Assembly (NCBI GenBank): GCA_038087875.1
Contig: CM075979.1
Location: 87,048,001 to 87,112,000 of the forward strand
Direction: 5' to 3'
Length of the DNA stretch: 64,000 nucleotides
DNA from: Malacoraja senta
Lineage: Eukaryota
Part shown: positions 23,995 to 36,990 of the stretch, piece after piece
How the letters are laid out: every line of letters starts with the position of its first letter
How positions within the stretch are numbered: position 1 is the first letter of the stretch
Notes under the pieces: generated by a model
Told to the model about the DNA's origin: nothing
Seen by the model: only the letters and a program-made list of their open reading frames with translations
The model's database searches: none
Made by a program: the position numbers and the translations under genes

Positions 23995-26900
23995 TAGATG
24001 GAGAATACAGCAGCTCTACCGGCTGGGTTTAAACTAAATAGTGGGAGGGGGGGAGAGAGACAAATTGGAAATACAAGGATGGAGTTAAAGGGACAGAGAG
24101 TATAGGAAAAGTTAAGAAAAACACCAGAATTAACGGAACAGAAAACTCATGAAGGGATAGGAGAGTATGGCCAAGTGAAATAGGAATCGATGTAAAAGGT
24201 GAAGTGAGTAAAGGATTAAAAGTATTATATATGAATGCGCAAAGTATTAGAAGTAAAGTGGATGAGCTTGAGGCTCAGTTAGAGATTGGTAGATATGGCA
24301 TTGTGGGGATTACAGAGACATGGCTGCAGGAGGATCGGGACTGGGAACTGAATATTCAGGGTTATACGTCCTATAGAAAGGACAGGCAGGTGGGCAGAGA
24401 AGGTGGAGTAGCTCTGTTGGTGAGGGAAGAAATTCAGTCCCTTGCGAGGGGTGACATAGGGACTGACGATGTAGAGTCGATGTGGATAGAATTGAGGAAT
24501 TGTAAAGGTAAGAAGACACTAATGGGAGTTATTTACAGGCCCCCAAACAGTAGTCTGGATATAGGGTACAAGTTGCAGCAGGAGTTAAAATTGGCATGTA
24601 GCAAAGGTAATGCCACTGTGGTTATGGGAGATTTCAATATGCAGGTAGACTGGGAAAATCAGGTTGGTTTTGTACCCCAAGAAAGGGAGTTTGTAGAGTG
24701 CCTCCGAGATGGATTCTTAGAGCAGCTTGTATTGGAGCCAACCGGAGAGAAGGCTATTCTGGATTTAGTGTTGTCGAATGAACCAGATTGAATAAGGGAA
24801 TTCAAAGTAAAGGAACCGCGAGGAGATAGTGACCATAATATGATGATGTTTTAATCTGCAATTTGAGAGGGCGAAGGCTAAATCAGAAGTGTCAGTGTGG
24901 CAGTTGAAAAAAGGGGACTATGAAGGCATGAGAGAGGAGTTGGCCAAGGTCGACTGGATAAGGATCCTAGCAGGAATGATGGCAGGAATTTCTGGGCATA
25001 ATCCAGAAGATGCAGGATCATTTCATTCCAAAGAGGAAGAAAGATTCTAAGGGGAGTAAAAGGCAACCGTGGCTGACAAGGGAAGTTAGGGAACGGTATA
25101 AAACTAAAAGAAAATGTGTATAACATAGCAAAGAGTAGCGGGAAGCCAGAGGATTGGGAAACTTTCAAAGGACATCAGAAGGTAACAAAGAGGGCAATAC
25201 GGGGTGAAAAGATGAAGTACGAGGGTAAGCTCGCCAAGAATATAAAGAAGGATGGTAAATGCTTCTTTAGGTATGTTAAGAGAAAAAGATTAGTAAAGAC
25301 AAATGTGGGTCCCTTGAAGGCAGAAACAGGTGAAATTAATATGGGGAACAAGGAAATGGCAGAAGAGTTGAACAGGTACTTTGGTTCTGTCTTCACTAAG
25401 GAGGACACAAACAATCTTCCAGATATACTAGAGGACAGAGGATCTAGGGGGACAGAAATAAATTTGCATTAGGCGAGAAATAGTATTAGGTAGACTGATG
25501 GGACTTAAGGCTGATAAATCCCCAGGGCCGGATGGTCTGCATCCCAGGGTATTCAAGGAGGTGGCTCTAGAAATCGTTGACGCATTGGTAATCATTTTCC
25601 AATGTTCTATAGATTCAGGATCAGTTCCTGTGGATTGGAGGGTAGCTAATGTAATCCCACTTTTCAAGAAAGGAGCGAGAGAAAACGGGGAATTATAGAC
25701 CAGTTAGCCTGACATCAGTGGTGCGGAAGATGCTGTGGTCAATTATTAGAGAAGTAATAAAGGCGTATTTGGATAGCAGTAAAAGGATTGGTCCAAGTCA
25801 GCATGGATTTATGAAGGGGAAATCCTGCTTGAATAATCTTCTGGAATTTTTTGAGGATATGATAAGTAAAATAGATGAAGGAGAGCCAGTGGATGTAATG
25901 TATCTGGACTTTCAGAAAGCCTTTGATAAGGTTCCACACAGGAGATTAGTGGGCAAAATTAGAGCACGTGGTATTGGGGGTAGGGTATTGACAAGGATAG
26001 AGAATTGGTTGGCAGACAGGAAACAAAAAGTAGGAATAAACGGGTCCCTGTCATAATGGAAGGCAGTGGCGAGTGGAGTGCCGCAAGGCTCAGTGCTGGG
26101 GCCGCAACTATTAACAACATATATTAATGATTTAGATGATGGAATTAAAAGTAACACTAGCAAATTTGCAGATGGCACAAAGCTGGGTGGCTGCGTGAAC
26201 TGCGAAGAGGATGCTAGGAGGTTGCAGGGTGACTTGGACAGGTTGAGTGAGTGGTCAGATGCAGTATCATGTAGATAAATGTGAGGTTATCCACTTTGGT
26301 GGCAAGAACAAGGAGGCAGATTATTATCTCAATGGTGTCAGATTAGGAAAAAGGGAAGTGCAACGAGACCTGGGTGTCCTTGTACACCAGTCACTGAAAG
26401 TAAACATGCAGGTACAGCAGGCAGTGAAGAAAGCTAATGGCATGTTGGCCTTCATAACAAGAGGATATGAGTATAGGAGTAAAGAGGTCCTTCTGCAGTT
26501 GTACAGGGCCCTGGTGAGACCACATCTGGAGTATTGTGTGCAGTTTTGGTCTCCTAATTTGAGGAAGGATATCCTTGCTATTGAGGGAGTGCAGCGTAGG
26601 TTAATGAGGATAATCCCCGGGATAGCGGGACTGTCATATGAGGAAAAATTGGAAAGACTGGGATTGTATTCATTCAAAATTAGAAGGATATTAGTTTCAT
26701 ATAGAAACATATATAATTCTAAAAGGACTGGACAAGCTAGATGCAGAAAAAATGTTCCCAATGTTGGGGGAGTCCAGAACCAGGGGCCACAGTCTAAGCA
26801 TAAAGGGGGGCGGGGGGGGGGGGGGATTTAAAACTGAGATGAGAAAAAAGTTTTTCACCCAGAGAGTTGTGAATTTGTGGCATTCTCTGCCACGGAAGGC

Positions 26901-27095
26901 AGTGGAGGCCAATTCACTGGATGAATTTAAAAGAGAGTTAGATAGAGCTCTAGGGGCTAGCGGAATCAAGGGGATGGGGAGAAGGCAGGCACGGGTTACT
27001 GATTGTGGACGATCAGCCATGATCATAATGAATGGCGGTGCTGGCTCGAAGGGCCGAACGGCCTCCTCCTGCACCTATTTTCTATGTTCCTCTGT
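23995..27095 (+). mobile_element. CR1 LINE, near-complete ORF2 (APE endonuclease + RT), frameshifted
   Basis: YMNAQSI, GITETW, MGDFN, ILDLVL (endonuclease); PGPDG, YLDFQKAFDKV, GVPQGSVLGP, FADGTK (RT); CR1 3' UTR. Confidence 0.95.
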
Positions 27096-27854
27096 TTCCT
27101 TTTGTAGGTTGGTTCGGGAATTTAATATTATCATGGAGTCAGTCCTGAGATCCTGAGCAAATGGCAGCAGAGTCTATTATATAAATTGGAAAGTCCACTG
27201 GTCCAAAACAGAATAAAGTGCTTTCAGCTAAAGGAATCCCAATTGGAATCCAAATAATGATTTTCCAATCCCCAGAGATGAATTCTCTAGCTTGCATGCC
27301 TAATGTGTGCCCATTCTATCTTTGTTCACTATTGCCTCCTCCTAGTAGAACATTTCCATCTACTATTTGTTTTCATTCAACATTTTTTTCAATGACTATA
27401 AATCTTTTCAAAGAAACTGGCAAGCGCACTGTTTGGACTGATCAATTGGAATTTTGTGGCTTCTGAATTGGGCTGCAGTCTTCATATCCATACCACATGG
27501 TCCAAAGGAACTCTAGTAGAAAGAATTTCTGTTAATACTGTGCCCATTCCAAAATAGTTAAATCCTGTTCACAAAAGAAAGTTTGACTTTTTTAGATAAG
27601 CAATAGTCAAATTGGATTCCGAATTCAAATCAGAAATATATATTTTACATTTTTGTTAGAAATCAATAACTCTTTAATTATTTTGAAACTGTCCTCTTTA
27701 TGTGTCAGCACAATTTTCTATATATTCACAACCATGGATGCCATTTGACTCTGAGCCAAGCTTCAAACATCTATTTGACTTTGAGCTGAGCTTCAAATTC
27801 CATACTTTCCTCTCCACCAAGATTGCCTTAATCTGTCTCTGTAGCCTTGTTGGT

Positions 27855-28388
27855 CACATAGAAACATAGAAACATAGAAAATAGGTGCAGGAGTAGGCCA
27901 TTCGGCCCTTCAAGCCTGCACCGCCATTCAATATGATCATGGCTGATCATCCAACTCAGTATCCTGTACCTGCCTTCTCTCCATACGCCCTGATCCCTTT
28001 AGCCACAAAGGCCACATCTAACTCCCTCTTAAATATATCCAATGAACTGGCCTCAACTACCTTCTGTGGTAGAGAATTCCAGAGATTCACCACTCTCTGT
28101 GTGAAAAATGTTTTTCTCATCTCGGTCCTAAAAGATTTCCCCTTTATCCTTAAACTGTGACCCCTTGTCCTGGACTTCCCCAACATCGGGAACAATCTTC
28201 CTGCATCTAGCCTGTCCAACCCCTTAAGAATTTTGTAAGTTTCTATAAGATCCCCCCTCAATCTTCTAAATTCTAGCGAGTACAAGCCGAGTCTATCCAG
28301 TCTTTCTTCATATGAAAGTCCTGACATCCCAGGAATCAGTCTGGTGAACCTTCTCTGTATCCCTCTATGGCAAGAATGTCTTTCCTCA
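27855..28388 (-). mobile_element. CR1 3' fragment
   Basis: ORF 27956-28327 and (TTCTATGT)n tail. Confidence 0.9.
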
Positions 28389-28659
28389 CCTTCCCTAACT
28401 AAGCTTATCTGCTGCAGAAACCCACAACCATGGAATTTTTATGTCAAGGCATAACTATTTTCATGCATTCCTTGCTGGTTTCCCAACATGTATTCTCTAT
28501 TAACCTTAGCATAGCTGGATCTCATATCCTAACTTGCATTGCTCCAATCATCCATTATTCCATAGCTGATCAAGCTATGGCGACTATATTCTGAAACCAA
28601 TGTCATCTGAACCAAGGTGTGGTATGCAGATAGCACTTGTAATGCACATGGGCCTTATT

Positions 28660-29055
28660 GAATCTTATTGAAACATATAAGATTGTTAAGGGTTTTGACA
28701 CGCTAGAAGCAGAAAACATGTTCCCGATGTTGGAGGAATCTAGAACCAGGGGCCACAGCTTAAGAATAAGGGGTAAGCCATTTAGAACGGAGATGAGGAA
28801 AAACTTTTTCACACAGAGAGTTGTGAGTCTGTGGAACTCTCTGCCTCAGAGGGCGGTGGATGCCATTTCTCTGGATGCTTTCAATAGAGAGTTAGATAGA
28901 GTTCTTAAAGATAGCGGAGTCAGGGGATATGGGGAGAAGGCAGGAATGGGGTACTGATTGTGGATGATCAGCCATGATCACATTGAATGGTGGTGCTGGC
29001 TTGAAGGGCCGTATGGCCTACTCCTGCACCTATTGTCTATTGTCTATTGTCTATC
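28660..29055 (+). mobile_element. CR1 3' fragment
   Basis: ORF 28658-28957 and (ATTGTCT)n tail. Confidence 0.9.
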
Positions 29056-29308
29056 CATAAGGAACAGGTCATCCACAAATCTATTGCACCACATTGTCTT
29101 CTGACGATAATGGTAAAGGTACGATCCTGGAAGATATGGCTACTTTTTTGTACCATTGAAGTCACCCTTCAGTAGGAACAGTCCTCAGACGAGATTCACC
29201 ACTATCCTCTGTGCTCCAGGACAGGACTTGACTGAGGCATGTAAACCCCTCAAAGCCACCTGGAAAATTTGCAACATCCACACTGACGCATAGAAATATA
29301 TGGGCCAT

Positions 29309-29724
29309 AAAACCAGAGCAATTTTCGAAGACATGGATTCCATTCATTGATTCATTACAAGGATAGTATGGTGCAACACAACTTCCGAATTAAACCGACT
29401 TACGGACTGGGTGATTAGTGGGGAGAGAAATGAAGCAGGTATATCATCACTTTTTTTCTGTTTTTGTCTTTTTATTTCTTTACGTTTTTCTAATTTATTT
29501 TACTTACTCACTCTTCGACCACACTTATTTAGTAGTCTAGGGGTTCTATTCTTACACATTCACTTTCTCTTTCATTTTCTTTCTTTCTTGCTTTTTGTCT
29601 CTTTTTCTATTTCTTCTTAGCTAAAATTAAAATCGAAACTGTACAATAAATACATTATGTCATATGCCGCGGTTTATACTTTTGTACACTGCTTCTAATT
29701 TTTTTTTTTAATTAAAAAAAATAT
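29309..29724 (+). mobile_element. L1-clade 3' fragment
   Basis: EQFSKTWIPFIDSLQG* ORF2 end, AATAAA, A-rich tail; imperfect TSD ATATATGGG(C/T)CAT. Confidence 0.65.
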
Positions 29725-29932
29725 ATATATGGGTCATGACCGTTCAAGTTGGAGATGGAGCATTTGGGATGATTTGAGAACCTTGTGCCCATGCATCAGG
29801 CGCACAGAAGGCCTGTGGTAAAGGTTGAGGAGTGAAATACGTATCAACCTGCCCCATCCGGGCATCTCTTGTCACATCTGTGGCTCTAACATTGGCACGA
29901 CCAACTATCTCAGAACCCAAAGAACCAGAATG

Positions 29933-30828
29933 AGAGTGAGAGGTTGCAGCCCCTGTTCGACTATCTGAAGGGGCTGTTCCTCAAGTTTTGGCTGCATTTT
30001 AGCCCCACACTCCTGATATTTGGGCACCTGGTACAGAGGGGGGAAGGTCAATAGACAATAGACAATAGGTGCAGGAGTAGGCCATTTGGCCCTTCGATCC
30101 AGCACCGCCATTCAATGTGATCATGGCTGATCATCCCCAGTCAGTACCCCGTTCCTGCCTTCTCCCCATATCCCCTAAGACTCCGCTATTTTTAAGAGCC
30201 CTATCTAGCTCTCTCTTGAAAGCATCCAGAGTACCTGCCTCCACCGCCCTCTGAGGCAGAGAATTCCACAGACTCACCACTCTCTGTGAGAAAAAGTGTT
30301 TCCTCGTCTCCGTTCTAAATGGCTTACTCCTTATTCTTAAACTGTGGCCCCTAGTTCTGGACTCACCCAACATCGGGAACATGTTGCCTGCCTCTAGCGT
30401 GTCCAAACCCTTAACAATCTTATATGTTTCAATGAGATCCCCTGGATGAATGAGGTCGGGAGGGAGGGGGGGATCTCCCTGTCCGTCTGCTCCTGGGCCT
30501 GGCCAAGATGGCCATTCGCGGGTCCAGGCAGCGGGTAGTCGACGGCCGCACCGGGGTTGACTGCCTGCCCCTTTTCCGGGCCTACGTCCGTGCCCGCCTG
30601 TCCTTGGAGAGGGAGCACGCGGTGTCCACGGGGACTTTGGAGGCTTTCCGTGAACGCTGGTCACCGCGGGAGGTCGAATGTTTTGTTGATAAAGTTGGCG
30701 ATATAGTAATTTGATGATCGTTTGTTTGTAAACTGTCAACACATGCAGTCTTTGATTGTGTTAATACTCTGTATTTTTATTTTTTGAATAAAAGTATTTG
30801 TATAATAAAAAATCTTAAATTTTTTTTA
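29933..30828 (+). mobile_element. Tx1-clade LINE 3' fragment carrying a nested CR1 fragment (30049-30443, minus)
   Basis: RLQPLFDYLKGL...FSPTLLIFG and FRAYVRARLSLEREHAVSTG...FRERW peptides; 14-bp TSD AAAGAACCAGAATG (29919-29932, 30829-30842). Confidence 0.8.
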
Positions 30829-32124
30829 AAAGAACCAGAATGGAAGAGGTTATCCTCAATCTGAGGGACAATCCAAGAAAGAGAAAATCTCCTCTAATCC
30901 CTTCAAAATTCTAAAATAATTAGCACCCAAGACACTGCAGATTATGGAGTCTGGAACAAAAAACAAACTGCTAGTGGAACTCAATGGGTCTTGAAGCATC
31001 TGTGGGAGAAAATGGACAGTTGACAGCTTGGTCAAGACCCTTGTGCAATCCCAATATTTTTAGCTATATACAGTAACTGGCAATTGCATTTTCAGCTATT
31101 TAGGCTTTTATTGCTGTAATTTTCTTCCCAAATGTCTACTCTGTGTCCTCCTTAAGAGTTTTCACTCAGTAACTCTTGAGAAATTGGTTGATCTGCGAAC
31201 CCCTTCTCTATTTCCAGAACTGCAGCCGTTGGAAGGCACTTACTATGTTCAAATGCAAAGTTAAAGAATTAAATTTGTTCTAGCTTACACTGTGACTTCT
31301 TTAATTATTCTGATAAACCACAGATTTGAGTTATATGAACACATGATGAAGGGACATAAAAATGCCAGTTGTTATTTAATACTGCCATCCTGTTCCTTCT
31401 GTCAGTAATGGTTGATATGTGGCCTAAGTCCTTCTACCTGACATTTGCCCATATTCCTTCATGCGTTGGTTTATAAAGGTCTATCAGTTTCAAAACTAAC
31501 TACTGACCTAGATCAAGTTTGCAAAAGGGAGTTTCAAACTTCTATAAGGTAGACAAAAATGCTGGAGAAACTCAGCGGGTGAGGCAGCATCTATAGAGCG
31601 AAGGAAACAGGCGACGTTTCGGGTCGAAACCTTTCTTCAAACTTCTATCACACGTTGTGCATGTAAATGTTCACCTCTGCAGGGACTGGTTCTAACTTTT
31701 AGACAATGTCTGTAGTCCTTAATTCCACAAACAGCAGCAAACGGCTTCTTTCAATTCCCTTTAATATTTTCAGAGTATGATAAAATCAGCCCTTAATCGT
31801 AATAAATTACCTGGAATAAAACCATAACATATAATTGGTCCTGGCAATTAGATGTAATTTTTGTTAATCTAGATAGCTTGCTGTCAAGTACGATGTACCC
31901 TTCCAAAGGAGTGATGCCCAGGATTGTTCACGATACTCCAGGTTATGGCCAAACCAGGCTTTGCATTCCTGTCGCCTAACGTCTATTTGTTTTTATTTCA
32001 GTTCTCTAGAAATGTAGGCCAAGATTTCATGAGTCTATTTTGTCTATTTCTATACCTGCGTGTGACATTTTAATGATTAATGTACAAGGTCCCCATATAT
32101 TCAACATGGGCTTTTCACCTTTTA

Positions 32125-32360
32125 GACAACAGACAATGGACAATTGGTGCAGGAGTCGGCCATTTGGCCCTTCGAGCCAGCACCACCATTCAATGTGATC
32201 ATGGCTGATCATCCCCAATCAGTACCCCGTTCCTGCCTTCTCCCCATATCCCCTGACTCCGCTATTTTTAAGAGCCCTATCTAGCTCTTTCTTGAAAGCA
32301 ACCAGAGAACCGGCCTCCACCGTCCTCTGAGGCAGAGAATTCCACAGACTCACCACTCTC
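32125..32360 (-). mobile_element. CR1 3' fragment
   Basis: same 3' UTR and tail as other copies; similar fragments at 58274-58497 and 61923-62424. Confidence 0.85.
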
Positions 32361-34819
32361 TTTTAAAATAGTATTATTTTCTATTCCTTTACAGGTAACC
32401 AGAAAGACCTCACATTTTCCTGCACTGAATTCTATTTGCCAATGTTTCACCCATTTCTTAAATTAATTCAATGTTGTTGAGGTGCTGTCTACTGGACTGT
32501 CTTTAGGTCATTAGGGACAAGGGTACATGTTATTTAAGTCAAGCCATCATCTAGGTATTAAAAATACGATGAACAGTTGCAGTCCCCGCACAGATCCTTG
32601 CCTCTGGTTATGTTTTCTAATTTAAGTATCTGCCCACACTTCACCTCCTGCCACTCAGCAGATTTCCTAAACAGAACAATACATTTCTTTCAATTGCCTT
32701 AACTTCCAGTTTAGTTAACAGTCTCTTGGGAGGAACTTCATCAAATGCCTCCTGGCAGTCAATACAAAAACATCTGTAGACAATGCTGTGTCCACTATTT
32801 TAGTGACTCCTGCAATGATTTAATGTATCTGATGTAATCGTTTAACACATTTGCCATTATTTATTTCCATTTAAACAGCACTATTATCTATTCTACGGGA
32901 CCCACAGAATTTCAGACCATCCCTCTTCCTTCAATAGAATAGTGAAAATGTTTGTTTTTAACGTGGATATTCCTTGCAAATTTCTTCTGAAAGTGTTTGT
33001 AGCTTTCACTCTTGGGAGCCTTTGTGCAGCTTTCTGTCGTCATTTGCTTTTGTCTTTGCTTTTGCAGCAGGAAATGGCACTGACTCTCAACCTTTTAGAC
33101 AATAGACAATTGGTGCAGGAGTAGGCCATTCGGCCCTTTGAGCCAGCACCGCCATTCACTGGGATCATGGCTGATCATCCACATTCAGTACTTGCCACAA
33201 GTAGTTGTCTGTAAATAGTGGACAGACACAAAACGCTGGAGTAACTCAGAGGGTCTGACAACATCTCTGGAGAAAAGGAATAGGTGACATTTTGGGTCGA
33301 GACCTTTCTTTAGATTGAGAGTCAGGGGAAAGGGAAGATATAGACAGTGATATGGAGAGGGATATAACAAATGAATGAAAGGTATACCAAAAAAAGTAAT
33401 GATGATAAAGGTGACAGGCCATTGGTAGCTGTTGTCAGATTGCTAAATGCATCATTTCCGCTGGCCAGGATTATAAACGGCCAACAGAAAATGGCATTTT
33501 TCTTCACCATTTTATTTTTCTTCCTTAAGCTAGGTTGTGGAGGGAGGGGGAAAAAAGAGGACATCAATGTTGTTGTAGGAGAGCCCAGAGATAATGGGAT
33601 AGCAACTGAGACTGTCTAGTTTAGTTCAGAGATACAGCGTGAAAAAAGGCCCTTCGGCCCACCGAGTCCGCGCTGACCAATGATCACCCGTACACTAGTT
33701 CTACCCAACACTGTAGGGACAATTAGCCTACAAAGAACCCGGAGAAAACCCATGCTATCACAGGGAGAGCATGTAAACTCCACACAGTCAGCACCCGTAG
33801 TCAGGATTGAACCCGGGTCTCTGGCGCTGTAAGGCAGCAACTCTACCGCTGCGCCACTGTGCCGCCCACTCAACTTCATCAGGAAACCCAGATAATTTGT
33901 TGCTTCTGCTGCTCCAGAGTAAAGGGCAGCAAAGAACAAGAATAGAAGTAAAAGGATGGTATGATGTGAAGTTTGGTGAAGCAGTAAGGGCTTCACTAAC
34001 GTGTGTCTTTTATCCAGGGTAGGGGAATCAAAAACAACAGGACATATATTCAAGATGACGGGAAATATTTAATAAGAATATAAGGGGCAACTTTTTCACT
34101 CAGAGGGTGTTGGGTACATGGAATGAGCTGCCAGAGGAGATAGTTGACACTTGGATAGGTACACGGATAGGATAGCTTTGGAGGGATATGGGCCAAATCC
34201 GGGCAAAATGGGACTCGCTTAGATGAGGCATCTTGGTCAGCATGGATGAGTTGGACCGAAGGGCCTGTTTTCGTGCTCTGTGACTCCATGATCAGGATCT
34301 ATTCAAAAAGGGCAGCTTGCATGTCACAGGACTGTGGGACCAATGTCCTCACATGAAGATCCACTGCTGCGAGTTGCGAGTGTTTAAGCTAAGTTGGCAA
34401 GAAAATGAAAATAGTAAAGCAACAAAGAGAATCAATGGATGAAGAGGATTAGAGAAGGAATTAGTACCATATAGTTGGATCAGAATAAAAAGGATTACAA
34501 AGCTTACAAAGATAATTTTAGAATGTATCTACTTATGAGCCCCCTGGCTCGGTGACATCAGGCTTACCTCTGAGGTGTATGCACTCAAGCTCCACACAAA
34601 CAACTGAGCACTCAGTTTCTGATGCAGTATTGCGTGTTTAAATGAGATTATATATTCTCAAGTGAACATAAAGATCCCTTGGCAATACCTAAAGATGACG
34701 TTTCGAGTTTTCTTGTTGGAATAGTTATGATTTATTCCTTAAACAATGCAGAAAACATGAACATGGTCACTTATTTCATTGTTTTTGTTGTGCTGGCTTC
34801 CAACCTGGTTTGATGTATT

Positions 34820-35220
34820 TGTTTAAGAAGGAACTGCAGATGCTGGAAAATCGAAGGTAGACAAAAGTGCTGGAGAAACTCAGCGGGTACGGCAGCATCT
34901 ATGGAGCGAAGGAAATAGGCAACGTTTCAGGCTGAAACCCTGAAGGAAATAGGCAACGTTTCGGGCCGAAACCCGGAAGGGTTTCGGGCCGATACGTCGC
35001 CTATTTCCTTCGCTCCATAGATGCTGCTGCACCCGCTGAGTTTCTCCAGCACTTTTGTCTACCCTGGTTTGATGTATACTGGTTTGAGTCTGAAGAAGGG
35101 TTTCGGCCCGAAACGTCGCCTATTTCCTTCGCTCCATAGATGCTGCCGCACCTGCTGAGTTTCTCCAGCGATTTTTGTCTACCTTCGATTTTCCAGCATC
35201 TGCAGTTCCTTCTCAAACAA
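34820..35220. mobile_element. composite inverted/tandem array of Penelope-derived hammerhead-like short elements
   Basis: four GGGTTTC..CCC/GAAACG modules (two per orientation); target sequence CCTGGTTTGATGTAT repeated between units. Confidence 0.85.
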
Positions 35221-35702
35221 CTTGATGTATACACTTGGCTATTTGCTGCCCCCATGTGCAGCTCAGTGGAACCAGAGGTATGATTCTTCACAGTGGAGTT
35301 ATAATAGCACAGAAAGCCATGAAATATGATTCTCTGAATCAAATATATGATATTTGGTTTCTCGCAGTGAGTCCCTTTCAGTAGGTCATATGTGTTCGAC
35401 TCTAAATACAAGCAGCTCTGCCCACTTTATTTAATCCTTCTGCCCAATTTATTTAATCCCCAGAGGGAGAAACATGAGCCTTTCTTCTTTCAAGAATCTG
35501 ACAATTCTCGTTGATGCCCAATGGTGATGAAACCAGGCCTCTGCAATATTGCTCAATGACTACCATATTTATTCATCAGCCCCACAATGTTCCTGTTCCA
35601 GATCAAAGTCATGTGATTCCAACATTGGTATTCTACTGCATGTTTATTTCAACGCCTATCTTACAGTGGCTAAATCTATCCATGGACACATAGGTACTAA
35701 TG

Positions 35703-35945
35703 TTCAAGAAGGAACTGCAGATGCTGGAAAATCGAAGGTAGACAAAATTGCTGGAGAAACTCAGCGGGTACGGCAGCATCTATGGAGCGAAGGAAATAGG
35801 CAACGTTTCGGCCGAAACCCTTCTGGGTTTCGGCCCGAAACGTTGCCTATTTCCTTCAGGGTTTCGGCCTGAAACGTTGCCTATTTCCTTCGCTCCATAG
35901 ATGCTGCCGTCCCCGCTGAGTTTCTCCAGCAATTTTGTCTGCCGT
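35703..35945. mobile_element. second inverted array of the same short element
   Basis: head-to-head copies with three hairpin modules. Confidence 0.85.
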
Positions 35946-36713
35946 GGATACTAAATCACAGCTACTTGGGAGTTATTTTAGAGAAATAATGCCACATGAT
36001 ATAGCATTTAGTCACAAACTGACTGTAAACCTGACATAGCTGTGTTTTAAATTGCCTATTTCTCCAAGCCTGGTGAGATAGCGCACCCTGTTGGCAGCTT
36101 AATATTGGCAGCACTTTGGCATGCATTTTCCTGATGAAATTAATGGTGTCTGAAACCTCTACATAACATGGTACTTTTCCAATACCTGAACATGCTAATG
36201 TAGATGAACAAATGAAATGAACAAAGGGGCAATATTAGTCTACATTTTTAAAAGTCAGAATAGATGAAAATCTTCATTAGTGAACTAGTGAATATTTGTA
36301 TTTATTTTCCATAAAATATATTTTCAAATTTGTTTTTGAATAGAAAGAGAGAAAAGACCACACTACATGGAATAGTGTGTAATTTTCAGCAGCATCACTC
36401 AAACATTTTTGGCAGTAAGCACAAGTTTTTTCTCTGTTTAAATGCCAAAACTGGAATAAAACATTATAATTATTAATAGAAATGTACAGTATGAATTGTT
36501 TGAAACATTTCAATTAGTTATTATTAGCAAACATCAGTACAATTATGCACAATATTTGGTTCTTTATTTTGAAAATTCTCTTAACACTTGACTCCTATGA
36601 TGGACTTCTTTGAGTGGATTCAGGCTGCGTATTCACTGTGTTCTAGAATGATGGACCCGTTTTCATGATTCAAGATGTTGATTTCTACTGAAGCCAGACT
36701 ACCTAGAGGTTGT

Positions 36714-36990
36714 GTTTAAGAAGGAACTGCAGATGCTGGAAAAATCGAAGGTAGACAAAAATGCTGGAGAAACTCAGCAGGTGAGGCAGCATCTATGGAG
36801 CGAAGGAATAGGTGACATTTCGGGTCGAGACCCTTTTTCAGACTGATGTGGGGGTGGGGACTTTCATCTTCCAGCCTCCCCCCACCCCCACAACAGTCTG
36901 AAGAAGGGTCTCGACCCAAAACGTCACCCATTCCCTCGCTCCATAGATGCTGCCTCACCCGCTGAGTTTCTACAGCATTTTGTCTATCTA
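36714..36990. mobile_element. head-to-head pair of the same short element with a spacer
   Basis: inverted copies 36714-36845 and 36895-36990; other copies at 4379-4475, 31547-31640, 33223-33320, 48474-48570, 51692-51883 and 56603-56730. Confidence 0.85.

Noticed and set aside
26805-26826. Poly-G run as a functional G-quadruplex (also poly-C at about 4592-4608)
   Set aside because: Homopolymer expansion within a dead CR1 or a sequencing artefact; nothing supports function.
24204-27156. Active LINE or domesticated reverse transcriptase gene
   Set aside because: ORF2 is broken by several stops and frameshifts; this is a dead CR1 copy.
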